Shown here: one piece after another, positions 32,252 through 41,013 of the stretch | How positions within the stretch are numbered: position 1 is the stretch's first letter | How the letters are laid out: every line of letters begins with the position of its first letter | Assembly (NCBI GenBank): GCA_964478545.1 | Contig: CAYZIS010000003.1 | Coordinates: 65,941-129,940 of the forward strand | DNA: 64,000 nucleotides | From: an uncultured Thermodesulfobacteriota bacterium | GTDB taxonomy: Bacteria > Desulfobacterota > Anaeroferrophillalia > Anaeroferrophillales > Anaeroferrophillaceae | Direction of reading: 5' to 3' | Position numbers and translations under genes: made by a program | Notes under the pieces: generated by a model | Databases searched by the model: none | Told to the model about the DNA's origin: nothing | The model's input: only the letters and a program-made list of their open reading frames with translations

Positions 32252-32626
32252 TCAATTAGTTACCTGAGTTACATCATCCTGTTTATCAGCGGCTAACTCA
32301 ACATCAGGAACCACTGCCTCTGTCAAAGGTAAATTACGGAATTTTTCCAACTCTGCTTCCAGATCTTTAATTTGTTTATCCTTTTTTTTCATTGTCCGGC
32401 GCTGGCGGAAAAGTACCATGATGTCAACAATAGCCACAGAAATAGCCCCGCAAAAAATGGCTAAGAAAAGTAACGCATATAAGGGGATTTCCAGAGGGCC
32501 TAAGACGACAAATACCAGGTTATAGTGTAAAGAAACCGGAAGTGATAATGCGCCCATATTCTCAAAAACAAAAATCAGCAGTAAGGTTAAAAAAAGGAGC
32601 AGAAAAGTAATTTTTACATATCTCAT
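32252..32626 (-). CDS. lapA: lipopolysaccharide assembly protein LapA (DUF1049)
   Basis: 124 aa. Two TM helices followed by a charged coiled-coil tail. Immediately upstream of lapB, as yciS-yciM is in E. coli. Confidence 0.6.
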   Translation of the reverse strand: MRYVKITFLLLFLTLLLIFVFENMGALSLPVSLHYNLVFVVLGPLEIPLYALLFLAIFCGAISVAIVDIMVLFRQRRTMKKKDKQIKDLEAELEKFRNLPLTEAVVPDVELAADKQDDVTQVTN

Positions 32627-33138
32627 TTCAGATTCATCCTTTCAGCGGTAAAATATTTGGCCAAATTTTCATAAGTCTCTCGAAGATGTTGAGGCATGAC
32701 CTTGATTTCTCCGATAACCGGCATGAAATTATAATCTCCCTGCCAACGGGGAACAATGTGAAAATGGAGATGGGCATCAATTCCGGCTCCGGCTATTTTC
32801 CCCAGATTAATACCACCATTAAAACCATCAGCCTGAAGAGCAAGCTGCAAACAGGCAACGGAACTCCGGAACAATTCCATCAATTCCTGAAACATCGGGG
32901 CCGAAAGTTGTCTGAGATCATTAACATGTTTAAATGGTACCACCATCAGATGACCATTATTATAAGGATACCGGTTCATCAGGACATAGGCATGTTCACC
33001 CCGATAAAGGACCAGATTTTGCGGGTCATTGGATTCTGCGGCAATCTGACAAAAGAGGCAACGATCCTTAAGGGATTCCTTATTATCATCAAGAATGTAT
33101 TCCATTCGCCAGGGAGCCCAAAGTACTTTTTGACTCAT
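32623..33138 (-). CDS. HIT-family nucleotide hydrolase/transferase
   Basis: 171 aa. Histidine triad HLHFHIVPR. N-terminal WAPWRMEYI as in Ap4A-phosphorylase/GalT-like HIT proteins. Confidence 0.7.
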   Translation of the reverse strand: MSQKVLWAPWRMEYILDDNKESLKDRCLFCQIAAESNDPQNLVLYRGEHAYVLMNRYPYNNGHLMVVPFKHVNDLRQLSAPMFQELMELFRSSVACLQLALQADGFNGGINLGKIAGAGIDAHLHFHIVPRWQGDYNFMPVIGEIKVMPQHLRETYENLAKYFTAERMNLK

Positions 33139-33220
33139 GTTAAACCTTCATTTCCTTTCTTAATTACAGCTATAGTCAATGCATTACCATTTTTCCGGCC
33201 CCATTTCCACTATTTTTATT

Positions 33221-33984
33221 AGACCTGCATGACGCTAAGCTGTAAGGTGAAATCAGAGATTTGGAAGAACTGCTGGAGAAAAAAAGAGCCGCCATTCCAC
33301 GTCATTTGGTCAGGCCATACCGGCTGCGTTTCATACCCACTTATGAGCAAGTAATTATAACATATTAAAATCATTAATCTTTTGTTTTATCAATATTTTT
33401 CACGCTTATGGAGCAATTACCTGAAGATGTCCGGGCTTGACTCATAGCCGTGTCTGCCCAGCCTGCCGGCAGGCACGGCGACAGGCAGGCCATGGCTTCT
33501 TTTTCTTAGACCTGCATGGAAATAAATGCTATAAAAAGGATAGGAGGTTCTAATGAAAGACGCCACGTTGCAAGATAAAATCAATGATTTGGAAGAACTG
33601 CTGGAGAAAAAAAGAGCTGCCATTCCACGTCATTCGGTCAGGCCATATCAGCTGCGTTTCATACCCACTTATGAGCAAGTAATTATAACATATTAAAATC
33701 ATTAATCTTTTGTTTTATCAATATTTTTCACGCTTATGGAGCAATTACCTGAAGATGTCCGGGCTTGACTCATAGCCGTGTCTGCCCAGCCTGCCGGCAG
33801 GCACGGCGACAGGCAGGCCATGGCTTCTTTTTCTTAGACCTGCATGGAAATAAATGCTATAAAAAGGATAGGAGGTTCTAATGAAAGACGCCACGTTGCA
33901 AGATAAAATCAATGATTTGGAAGAACTGCTGGAGAAAAAAAGAGCTGCCATTCCACGTCATTCGGTCAGGCCATATCAGCTGCT
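33221..33984. repeat. tandem direct repeat, unit 328 bp, ~2.3 copies
   Basis: 33508-33835 and 33836-33984 are near-identical. 33221-33507 is a variant copy with a 41-bp indel at its 5' end. Each unit carries a GC-rich module with the perfect 14-bp palindrome gcctgccggcaggc, plus an RBS and the 5' end of a small ORF. Confidence 0.85.
33553..33696 (+). CDS. small ORF (47 aa), duplicated 5' copy of the 33881 ORF
   Basis: Strong RBS aggagg 6 nt upstream. The first 34 aa are identical to the ORF at 33881. The C-terminus is read from repeat DNA. Likely a by-product of the tandem duplication. Confidence 0.25.
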   Translation: MKDATLQDKINDLEELLEKKRAAIPRHSVRPYQLRFIPTYEQVIITY

Positions 33985-34039
33985 GGATATCGAGGAAATG
34001 GAAGAAGAATTGCTGGAATTAAAAAGAAGGAAAGAGTAG
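33881..34039 (+). CDS. small acidic coiled-coil protein (52 aa)
   Basis: MKDATLQDKINDLEELLEKKRAAIPRHSVRPYQLLDIEEMEEELLELKRRKE. RBS aggagg. Stop lies 7 nt before the downstream Cys-rich gene. Confidence 0.4.
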   Translation: MKDATLQDKINDLEELLEKKRAAIPRHSVRPYQLLDIEEMEEELLELKRRKE

Positions 34040-34046
34040 ATTAATC

Positions 34047-34574
34047 ATGATTCTGGATGCACAGGCAACTGAGCTAAATGCTATTATGACCGTGGCTGAT
34101 TTGATGGCGGCCGCCGCTCGTACCGCTCCGAAAGGGAAGGGGGCTGACCGGCTGATTTCCATGATTTTTACCGGTGAAGATAAAGACTTGGTTGCTGCCA
34201 GGATGTCAACGATTGCCAGGGAGGAAGACATTCCCTTTTTTCAGCGGGATGCTGAAAACATCTATCAGTGTGCAGCTGTTCTGGCCCTGGGAACTACCCT
34301 TGCCCCTTTGGGAATTCCCTATTGTGGTTATTGTGGTTATGAAAATTGCCAGGAATGCAGCCAGAAAGACGGCCGTTGCAGTTTCAATATTATTGATCTG
34401 GGGATCGCCCTGGGATCGGCGGTGGCTACGGCAACCCTGCACCACATTGATAACCGCATCATGTTTTCTTTCGGCAGAACCACCCTGGAAATGGGGCTAT
34501 TGCCGGAAGGGACCAGAGTAGCCTATGGCATTCCCCTGTCAGTTTCCAGCAAGAGCCCGTTTTTTGACCGCTGA
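34047..34574 (+). CDS. Cys-rich ferredoxin-domain protein, DUF2148/COG4887-like
   Basis: 175 aa. Motif PYCGYCGYENCQECSQKDGRC (CxxCxxxCxxC plus one more Cys). The family assignment is from memory and is low-confidence. Confidence 0.45.
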   Translation: MILDAQATELNAIMTVADLMAAAARTAPKGKGADRLISMIFTGEDKDLVAARMSTIAREEDIPFFQRDAENIYQCAAVLALGTTLAPLGIPYCGYCGYENCQECSQKDGRCSFNIIDLGIALGSAVATATLHHIDNRIMFSFGRTTLEMGLLPEGTRVAYGIPLSVSSKSPFFDR

Positions 34575-34606
34575 GCTCAGATTTTTTCTTATAGGGAAGA
34601 AAATTA

Positions 34607-36325
34607 CTAGCGGATATCTTTCAGGTTCAACTGAATGGACTGGTTGCCATTCCAGGTATTGATCTGCGGGACAAAGGCAAGATCAATCTGATCTCCGGCA
34701 GAAATCTGCCGATCACCCATATTAAAACCTATGGCGTTGCTTTTAGCTGAATGATCACGGACCTGTAAACGCAGATGATTTTTACCAACGATTGAGGCAC
34801 GGTTTACCTCAAGTTCTTCGGCCACAAAAATCGGTTCGGGGTTGCCAAAACCAAATGGCGCCAGTTGAGCTATATCCTGAAGAAATTGAAATGACAGATC
34901 ACTGAGTTTCAGCCGTCCATCGAGTTCCAGCGTTTGCTGCAGTGCATTGGCTTGCAAATGTTCACCAACCAAGCTGTCAAGCGAATTTCGAAATGCTTCC
35001 AGATTATTATGGTCAATGGAAAAACCGACAGCCATCTGATGTCCACCAAAGCGATTAAGATATTCGCTGCATTGGGTAATCATATCCAGTAAATGAATTC
35101 CTGGGATACTGCGTCCGGAAGCTTTGCCAACTCCGTTTTTATTCATACTTATAAGCATGGTCGGTTGAAAATAGCGCTCAGCGATTTTAGACGCGACAAT
35201 ACCAATAACCCCTTCATGCCAATTGGTTGACGACAGTACCGTAACATGTTTACCCCCATAATTGTGGTCCTGAGCCATGCAACCATTAACTTCCTCAAAA
35301 ATAACTGCCTCAACCTTGCGACGCTGCAGGTTCAGCTGCTGTAACCGGTAAGCCTGCTCATCCGCAACGGCAGCATCATCAGTAAGCAACAACTCCATGG
35401 CATCCTGGACAGAATCCATCCGACCGGCAGCATTCAGGCGGGGCGCAAGTTTAAAGGCAATATCACGGGCGCTTATCCCGGCGCTACGATCTACCCGGCT
35501 GATGGTCAGTAATGCATCAAGGCCAGGACGATGGGCACTGGCAATCTCTTCGAGACCATATTTTACGAAAATTCGGTTAACTCCGGTAAGCGGCATTACA
35601 TCCGCTACGGTGCCCAAAGCAACCATATCCAAATAACGTTTCAGGTTGATTTCCCCGGACAGCATCCCAGCTTCACGCATTTCCCGCCGACAGGCAATCA
35701 GTAGATTAAAGGCGACGCCAACTCCGGCCAGATTTTTCTCGGGATAGGAACAATCTTTCTGTTTTGGATTAATAATGGTGTAGGCATCCGGAAGCTCGGC
35801 AGGTGGCTCATGGTGATCAGTGATAATAGTATCAATGTGAAGACTGGCGGCACAAGCCACCTCATCAATATTGGAAATGCCACAATCAACGGTGACCAGA
35901 AGGGAAACTCCCTCTTTGGCATACCGTCGGATAGTTTCACTGCTAAGGCCATAACCTTCCTGTAGGCGTGATGGTATATGATAAAAAACATGCAAGCCAA
36001 CTTGGCGAAAAAACTGTACCAGAATTACTGTTGATGAAATGCCATCAACATCATAATCGCCGTAGACTAGTACTTTTTCATGCCGTTCCATTGCCTGGAG
36101 CAGGCGTTTTACCGCTTTTTCCATTCCTTTTAGCAGGTTGGGATCGGGAAGATGGGATAGGGAAGGGGAGAGAAAACGGCCAATATCTTCGGGTTGATCA
36201 ATTCCTCGACGAAGTAAAATCTCGGCAATTATAGGCGAAATTCCCAATTTTTTTCCAAAACTGGATGCCAGGGTAGGTGAAATTTCGGCGCAGGTCCATA
36301 TTTGATTATGTATCTTATTATTCAT
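34607..36325 (-). CDS. recJ: single-stranded-DNA-specific exonuclease RecJ
   Basis: 572 aa. DHH motifs (VYGDYDVDGISS ; ITDHHEP), a DHHA1 domain and a C-terminal OB fold. Confidence 0.9.
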   Translation of the reverse strand: MNNKIHNQIWTCAEISPTLASSFGKKLGISPIIAEILLRRGIDQPEDIGRFLSPSLSHLPDPNLLKGMEKAVKRLLQAMERHEKVLVYGDYDVDGISSTVILVQFFRQVGLHVFYHIPSRLQEGYGLSSETIRRYAKEGVSLLVTVDCGISNIDEVACAASLHIDTIITDHHEPPAELPDAYTIINPKQKDCSYPEKNLAGVGVAFNLLIACRREMREAGMLSGEINLKRYLDMVALGTVADVMPLTGVNRIFVKYGLEEIASAHRPGLDALLTISRVDRSAGISARDIAFKLAPRLNAAGRMDSVQDAMELLLTDDAAVADEQAYRLQQLNLQRRKVEAVIFEEVNGCMAQDHNYGGKHVTVLSSTNWHEGVIGIVASKIAERYFQPTMLISMNKNGVGKASGRSIPGIHLLDMITQCSEYLNRFGGHQMAVGFSIDHNNLEAFRNSLDSLVGEHLQANALQQTLELDGRLKLSDLSFQFLQDIAQLAPFGFGNPEPIFVAEELEVNRASIVGKNHLRLQVRDHSAKSNAIGFNMGDRQISAGDQIDLAFVPQINTWNGNQSIQLNLKDIR

Positions 36326-36350
36326 AATATCAACTCAAACTCATGTTGTT

Positions 36351-37229
36351 TTAAGTTCTTCCCTGCCAGATTACCAGAAAACCAGCCGCAAAAATCAAAA
36401 TTCCGCCAAATACTGTTATCAGGGAGGGAATGTCCCGCAAAAATATTATTCCCATCATGACGGTGCTGACCGGTTCCAGATAACCTATGATGGCTACATG
36501 CTGGGCCATGATAGTGGTAAGGCCAGAGATATACATCAGAGGTGCAAGACTGCAATGGATAAATCCTAATAAAACTAATATCATCCAATCCATGGGAGGT
36601 GCAGACAGTGGCTGCACAACAACCATGGGGGCCAGAATGACAACAATAAATACACCTTGCCAAAAGGCAATAGACAGGGGTGGCAACCCCCGAGTTAAGC
36701 CTTTAGCAATAATTAAGGTTATCGCATAAGCCAGACCTGAAATAACACCGAAAGCAATACCGCCGGTTGCCTGTTTATCCAGTAACAATTGCAGGTGAGG
36801 GGACAGCATCAGGAAAAGACCGACAAGGGAAACAGGCAGCGCGATGCCGGTCCAACGATCAAATTTCTCATGCAGGATTAAAGGGACCAGGAGGGCAACA
36901 AATATCGGCGCGGTATAATGGCTAAAAACCGCGTTGGCAATGGTTGTATGGCGCAGGGCTAAAAAATAAAAGTAGAGATTAAGCAAAAGGCAGATTGCCA
37001 GCAAGAGAATCTGCCAAAAGTTTTCCTTGAGATCCGAAATAAGACGCTGGGCGGCTGAAGGATGAAACCTGGCAACCAGAAAGAGAACCGGCAGCGAAAA
37101 TAATGATGAAAAAAATATTACCTGCCAAGGGGGCATAACCATTATCTTAATAACAATACCCCAGGTACTCCACATCAAAAGGGCTAGAATTATCTTTAGA
37201 TATGCCTTGTTAATTACCTTGTTTAACAC
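36351..37229 (-). CDS. EamA/DMT-family transporter
   Basis: 292 aa and ~10 TM helices arranged as two EamA repeats. Confidence 0.7.
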   Translation of the reverse strand: MLNKVINKAYLKIILALLMWSTWGIVIKIMVMPPWQVIFFSSLFSLPVLFLVARFHPSAAQRLISDLKENFWQILLLAICLLLNLYFYFLALRHTTIANAVFSHYTAPIFVALLVPLILHEKFDRWTGIALPVSLVGLFLMLSPHLQLLLDKQATGGIAFGVISGLAYAITLIIAKGLTRGLPPLSIAFWQGVFIVVILAPMVVVQPLSAPPMDWMILVLLGFIHCSLAPLMYISGLTTIMAQHVAIIGYLEPVSTVMMGIIFLRDIPSLITVFGGILIFAAGFLVIWQGRT

Positions 37230-37412
37230 TTAATTCCTGCATTTTCTTACATTAATATTTTAAAATTATTCATGAAATCCATAAAACCTATAGCAAAGTA
37301 AAAGCTTCATATGCGAGGCACGGAAAGCCTGAGGGATGAGGCGTATTTTAACAGTACACTGCAAAAGCGAAGGCTACAGCGTAACGACGGGGATGGCGTT
37401 TTTACGAAGCTA

Positions 37413-37910
37413 TCAGGCTTTAGGCAGGGAATATTTCTTCTTTATCCTCTCTTCTACCAGGGGATGTACTAAACCGGAGACCGTTCCACCCAGGGATGCC
37501 AGCTCTTTGACAATCCGCGAACTGACATACATATAAGTATCTTTGGACATCATAAAAAAAGTTTCGATTGAAGGGGCAAGATTACGGTTCATTAAAGCCA
37601 TCTGAAATTCATATTCAAAATCAGATACCGCCCGCAAACCACGGATAATGGCATGAGCATTCATTTCCTGAACGTAATTGATCAGCAGACCATCAAAAGT
37701 AGAAACTTTCACCCGTGGATTTTCAGAAAATATTTCCTCAATCATTTCCATGCGCTCACAAACGCTGAAAAGACTGTTTTTTTCCTGATTGCAGGCAACG
37801 GCTACATAGAGTTCATCGAAAACTTTAGACCCACGACGGATAAGGTCAATATGACCATTGGTAACCGGGTCAAATGAGCCAGGATAAACAGCGATTTTGG
37901 TGCAAGCCAT
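37413..37910 (-). CDS. coaD: phosphopantetheine adenylyltransferase
   Basis: 165 aa. YPGSFDPVTNGHIDLI nucleotidyltransferase motif. Confidence 0.9.
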   Translation of the reverse strand: MACTKIAVYPGSFDPVTNGHIDLIRRGSKVFDELYVAVACNQEKNSLFSVCERMEMIEEIFSENPRVKVSTFDGLLINYVQEMNAHAIIRGLRAVSDFEYEFQMALMNRNLAPSIETFFMMSKDTYMYVSSRIVKELASLGGTVSGLVHPLVEERIKKKYSLPKA

Positions 37911-37917
37911 GTGGAGA

Positions 37918-38478
37918 TTACTCCTTATTTTGACAGACTATAAAGGTTATAGAGCTGTGACCGTATCTTTTTTGTTTCCAGATTTCCAGTGGCAAAGGTA
38001 CTTGTAGCACATCGCGGTAATCATGCTCAACAACTAAGGTGCCGGAGGGGGATAATAACCCATGATCAGCAATGGATGTAATCATTCTGTCAAGAGCAGT
38101 GGAACGGTAAGGTGGATCCATGAAGATAAGATCAAAACAGTCTGACTGGGCACTTTTTCCCTGAATAAACCGGGCCGCGGTAAGATTAAGCACCTGACAT
38201 AATTCCTGGCAACGCGCTTTTTTCAGGTTTTTCTCGATCAGCCGACAGCTGGCAGCTACGTTATCAACACACCAAGCCGCTTTGGCGCCGCGGCTTAAGG
38301 CTTCAATGCTCAGGATACCACTGCCGGCAAACAGGTCAGCAACCAGAGCATCTTTAATATGTTCAATTCCAATCACTGAAAATATTGCTTCGCGAACTAT
38401 CGCCTTTGTCGGCCTGAGCTGCGGGATATCATCAACCTCCAAAACAAGTCCACGACGATTACCACCAGTAACTTTCAT
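37918..38478 (-). CDS. rsmD: 16S rRNA (guanine966-N2)-methyltransferase
   Basis: 186 aa. SAM motif DLFAGSGILSIEALSRGA and DPPY. Conserved rsmD-coaD pairing. Confidence 0.85.
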   Translation of the reverse strand: MKVTGGNRRGLVLEVDDIPQLRPTKAIVREAIFSVIGIEHIKDALVADLFAGSGILSIEALSRGAKAAWCVDNVAASCRLIEKNLKKARCQELCQVLNLTAARFIQGKSAQSDCFDLIFMDPPYRSTALDRMITSIADHGLLSPSGTLVVEHDYRDVLQVPLPLEIWKQKRYGHSSITFIVCQNKE

Positions 38479-38487
38479 GATTGGTCC

Positions 38488-38533
38488 TGATAAAAATCAA
38501 AAGAAAAGGCAGATGCTTGCGCTCTGCCTCATA
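38488..38533 (-). terminator. Rho-independent terminator after the Cys-rich small gene
   Basis: Hairpin ggcaga-N9-tctgcc. On the minus strand it is followed by a ttttcttttgattttt U-tract, between 38574 and the rsmD start. Confidence 0.4.
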
Positions 38534-38573
38534 TGTCAGTAAATAGTGGAAATATCATGCAATATGACAACAA

Positions 38574-38855
38574 TTAACGATTTGCACCTCTTTTTGATGC
38601 TTTCAATGGGTTGATCTTCTGTTTAATCTCTTCGACATTACGTTTAACGTGGGTCGCCATAGCACAGATACCTCCCTGCCATTTAGCCTCTGGATAGGGA
38701 TAAGTCAAACAATATTCTTTGCCGCTAACATTGACTATCTTGGCACATCCCTTACATTTATCAATTATGGGATAGCACTCACCGTGTTTGGCTGAGCACC
38801 CGGTGGATTTCATCAAAAAACATTCGCTTCCTTTGCGTACAGTCTGGCAAATCAT
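38574..38855 (-). CDS. small Cys-rich protein with PxxKW motif
   Basis: 93 aa with 9 Cys in the first 60 residues (CxxxxxxxxC ... GC ... C ... C ... CKGC ... C ... C). It contains PEAKW followed by a basic tail. Resemblance to 'PxxKW family cysteine-rich' proteins is from memory. Confidence 0.4.
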   Translation of the reverse strand: MICQTVRKGSECFLMKSTGCSAKHGECYPIIDKCKGCAKIVNVSGKEYCLTYPYPEAKWQGGICAMATHVKRNVEEIKQKINPLKASKRGANR

Positions 38856-38974
38856 CGAAAAAGCCTCCTTAGTATTTAAATATTATGAGCAACCTTACGT
38901 ACTGGATTAGCATCGCATTGTCAAGAATCTTTTCAGTTCCCAAACCTTTTCTTGACAACATTTTTCAAGGTAAC

Positions 38975-39583
38975 TTAGATGTATTTTTCGATGACCTGCC
39001 GTACATCAACCATATCAACCAGGTTGTGAATATAATCAAGTTGGTCGGTGTCAATGATTGCCACTTCAGAGAGGCGGTAATTTTCAATCCAGTCTTCATA
39101 CAATTGGTTGAGCCGGTTCAAATAACGTGATTTAATATTCTGCTCATAGGGACGGCCACGGTATTTGATGCGTTTTCTGATTGTCCGGTTCGAACAGCGG
39201 AGATAAATCAGTAAATCAGGAGATGGCAGCGTATCCAGAAGCGAAGTATAAAGGTCATAGTATGTATCAAAATCTTTCTTTTTCATTAATCGTGATCGGT
39301 AGAGATTGCGGGCAAATATTTCAGCGTCTTCATAAATGGTGCGATCCTGAACCACAGAATTGTTGACATGGATCAGTTTTAAATGACTTTTAAATTTTTG
39401 GGTCAGAAAGAATATCTGCGATTTAAAGGACCAGGATTTCATGTCCTGATAAAATTCTTTCAGGTACGGGTTGTTTTCATACTGCTCATAATAAGGTGTC
39501 AGGGGGTAGTAGGAACAGAGAAATTCCACCAGTTTTGATTTTCCCGAGCCCATATTACCAGCAACAGCAATGAATTTCTTCAT
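38975..39583 (-). CDS. deoxynucleoside kinase
   Basis: 202 aa. P-loop AVAGNMGSGKS and a dNK-family LID region. Confidence 0.7.
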   Translation of the reverse strand: MKKFIAVAGNMGSGKSKLVEFLCSYYPLTPYYEQYENNPYLKEFYQDMKSWSFKSQIFFLTQKFKSHLKLIHVNNSVVQDRTIYEDAEIFARNLYRSRLMKKKDFDTYYDLYTSLLDTLPSPDLLIYLRCSNRTIRKRIKYRGRPYEQNIKSRYLNRLNQLYEDWIENYRLSEVAIIDTDQLDYIHNLVDMVDVRQVIEKYI

Positions 39584-39659
39584 TCAAGTACCGTTTTCAT
39601 TGTTTTTACCAAAGTTAACATAATATTCATTATCAGACGTTTTAAACAGAGGACTATTT

Positions 39660-40397
39660 TCATGACAGGCCAACTAGCCGACGAAGCCTCGTCAGTTCAT
39701 GAGGTTGCAGGAAACGATATTTCCCCGGTGACAGACGACCTAAACGTAAAAATCCTATCTGTGTCCGGATCAGCTTTTGTACTGAATAATTTACCACCAT
39801 CAGCATCCTCCTGACCTGGCGGTTTCTCCCTTCCCGCAGAACAATTTCAAGCTCTGTCGTTGTTGCGGTGAATTTTTTAACGGTAACCTGCTCAGGTTTT
39901 GAAAAACCATCGTCAAGATCTACGCCTTCACGAAGATGCTTAAGGTCTGATTCAGATAAACGGCCGGTAACCGTCACCCGGTAATATTTTGTCAGTTTGT
40001 AGCGTGGATGCATCATCCGGTAAGCAAGTTCGCCGTCATTGGTGCACAGCAATAAGCCAGATGAATAATAATCAAGTCGGCCAACCGGATAAAGCCTTGC
40101 GTCAACTCCAGTCAGTAAATCACTGACAATTGGTCGATGCTGGGGATCACTCATGGTGGTCACATACCCGATTGGTTTGTATAGCAGCAGATAAAGCGGT
40201 TCTTTCCTGGCCGACAATATTTTTCCATCCACCTGGATTTCAGCAGTCAAAGGATCAACCTTGGTCCCCAGTTCCGTAACCAGGATGCCGTTGACTTTAA
40301 CCCGTCCCTGGACAATCATCACTTCCGCCTGTCTGCGGGAAGCCAAGCCCCGGCCGGCAATAACTTTCTGGAGTCTTTCGACCGTCATTTGACCCAC
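39660..40397 (-). CDS. rluB: 23S rRNA pseudouridine synthase, RsuA/RluB family
   Basis: 245 aa. N-terminal S4 domain (RLQKVIAGRGLASRRQAE) and catalytic GRLDYYSSGLLL. Confidence 0.8.
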   Translation of the reverse strand: MGQMTVERLQKVIAGRGLASRRQAEVMIVQGRVKVNGILVTELGTKVDPLTAEIQVDGKILSARKEPLYLLLYKPIGYVTTMSDPQHRPIVSDLLTGVDARLYPVGRLDYYSSGLLLCTNDGELAYRMMHPRYKLTKYYRVTVTGRLSESDLKHLREGVDLDDGFSKPEQVTVKKFTATTTELEIVLREGRNRQVRRMLMVVNYSVQKLIRTQIGFLRLGRLSPGKYRFLQPHELTRLRRLVGLS

Positions 40398-40404
40398 CGA
40401 CCAG

Positions 40405-41013
40405 TCACTGTCCGTCCAGCAGGGGTAACTCTACATTGGGATACAGATCGCCAAAGGAATTGATATCCGGCAAACTGGATAAACTGGTAAGGTTGAAAAT
40501 CTGGAGGAATTTATCCGTCGTCACATAAAGAAGCGGTGAGCCAACCACTTCTTTTCTCCCTTTAATGGCAATTAATTCTTTTACCAGCAAAAGGCGGAGA
40601 ACACCTGAGGCATCAACGCCCCTGATCGATTCAATTTCAGGCCTGGTAATGGGTTGACGATAGGCAATAATAGCCAGGGTCTCCAGGGCCGCCTTGCTGA
40701 ACCGGACTGGTTTTCCCGCCTTAAATTTTCTGATCCAGGATGCATTTTCCTGCTTGGTAACAAAACGAATTCCAGCACCAATACGCTGAAGATAAAAACC
40801 CCGATCACGCAGGCGATATTCATCTTCCAGCTGGTTTACCGCCTCGTCAAGCAAATCCCCAGCTTCAATTTCCAACAGAATTTGAACATCATGCAGATTG
40901 ACCGGCTCACCTGAAATTAGCAGCAAGCTTTCTATAACATCTTTGATATGGCGTAATTCGCTGGACACTGAAGATACCTTTTTAAATTCCGCCAGTAATG
41001 AGGAGCGGCTCAA
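40405..41013 (-). CDS. scpB: segregation and condensation protein B
   Basis: 202 aa. Two winged-helix ScpB repeats. Downstream of and overlapping the scpA end. Confidence 0.8.
   Translation of the reverse strand: MSRSSLLAEFKKVSSVSSELRHIKDVIESLLLISGEPVNLHDVQILLEIEAGDLLDEAVNQLEDEYRLRDRGFYLQRIGAGIRFVTKQENASWIRKFKAGKPVRFSKAALETLAIIAYRQPITRPEIESIRGVDASGVLRLLLVKELIAIKGRKEVVGSPLLYVTTDKFLQIFNLTSLSSLPDINSFGDLYPNVELPLLDGQ

Noticed and set aside
33221-33984. Possible CRISPR array, because of regularly spaced repeats
   Set aside because: The period is 328 bp with near-identical intervening sequence. This is a tandem duplication, not short repeats separated by unique spacers. No cas genes are present.
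36322-36663. 113-aa minus-strand ORF rich in Cys and His
   Set aside because: Out-of-frame overlap with the EamA transporter gene, which has the consistent TM pattern.
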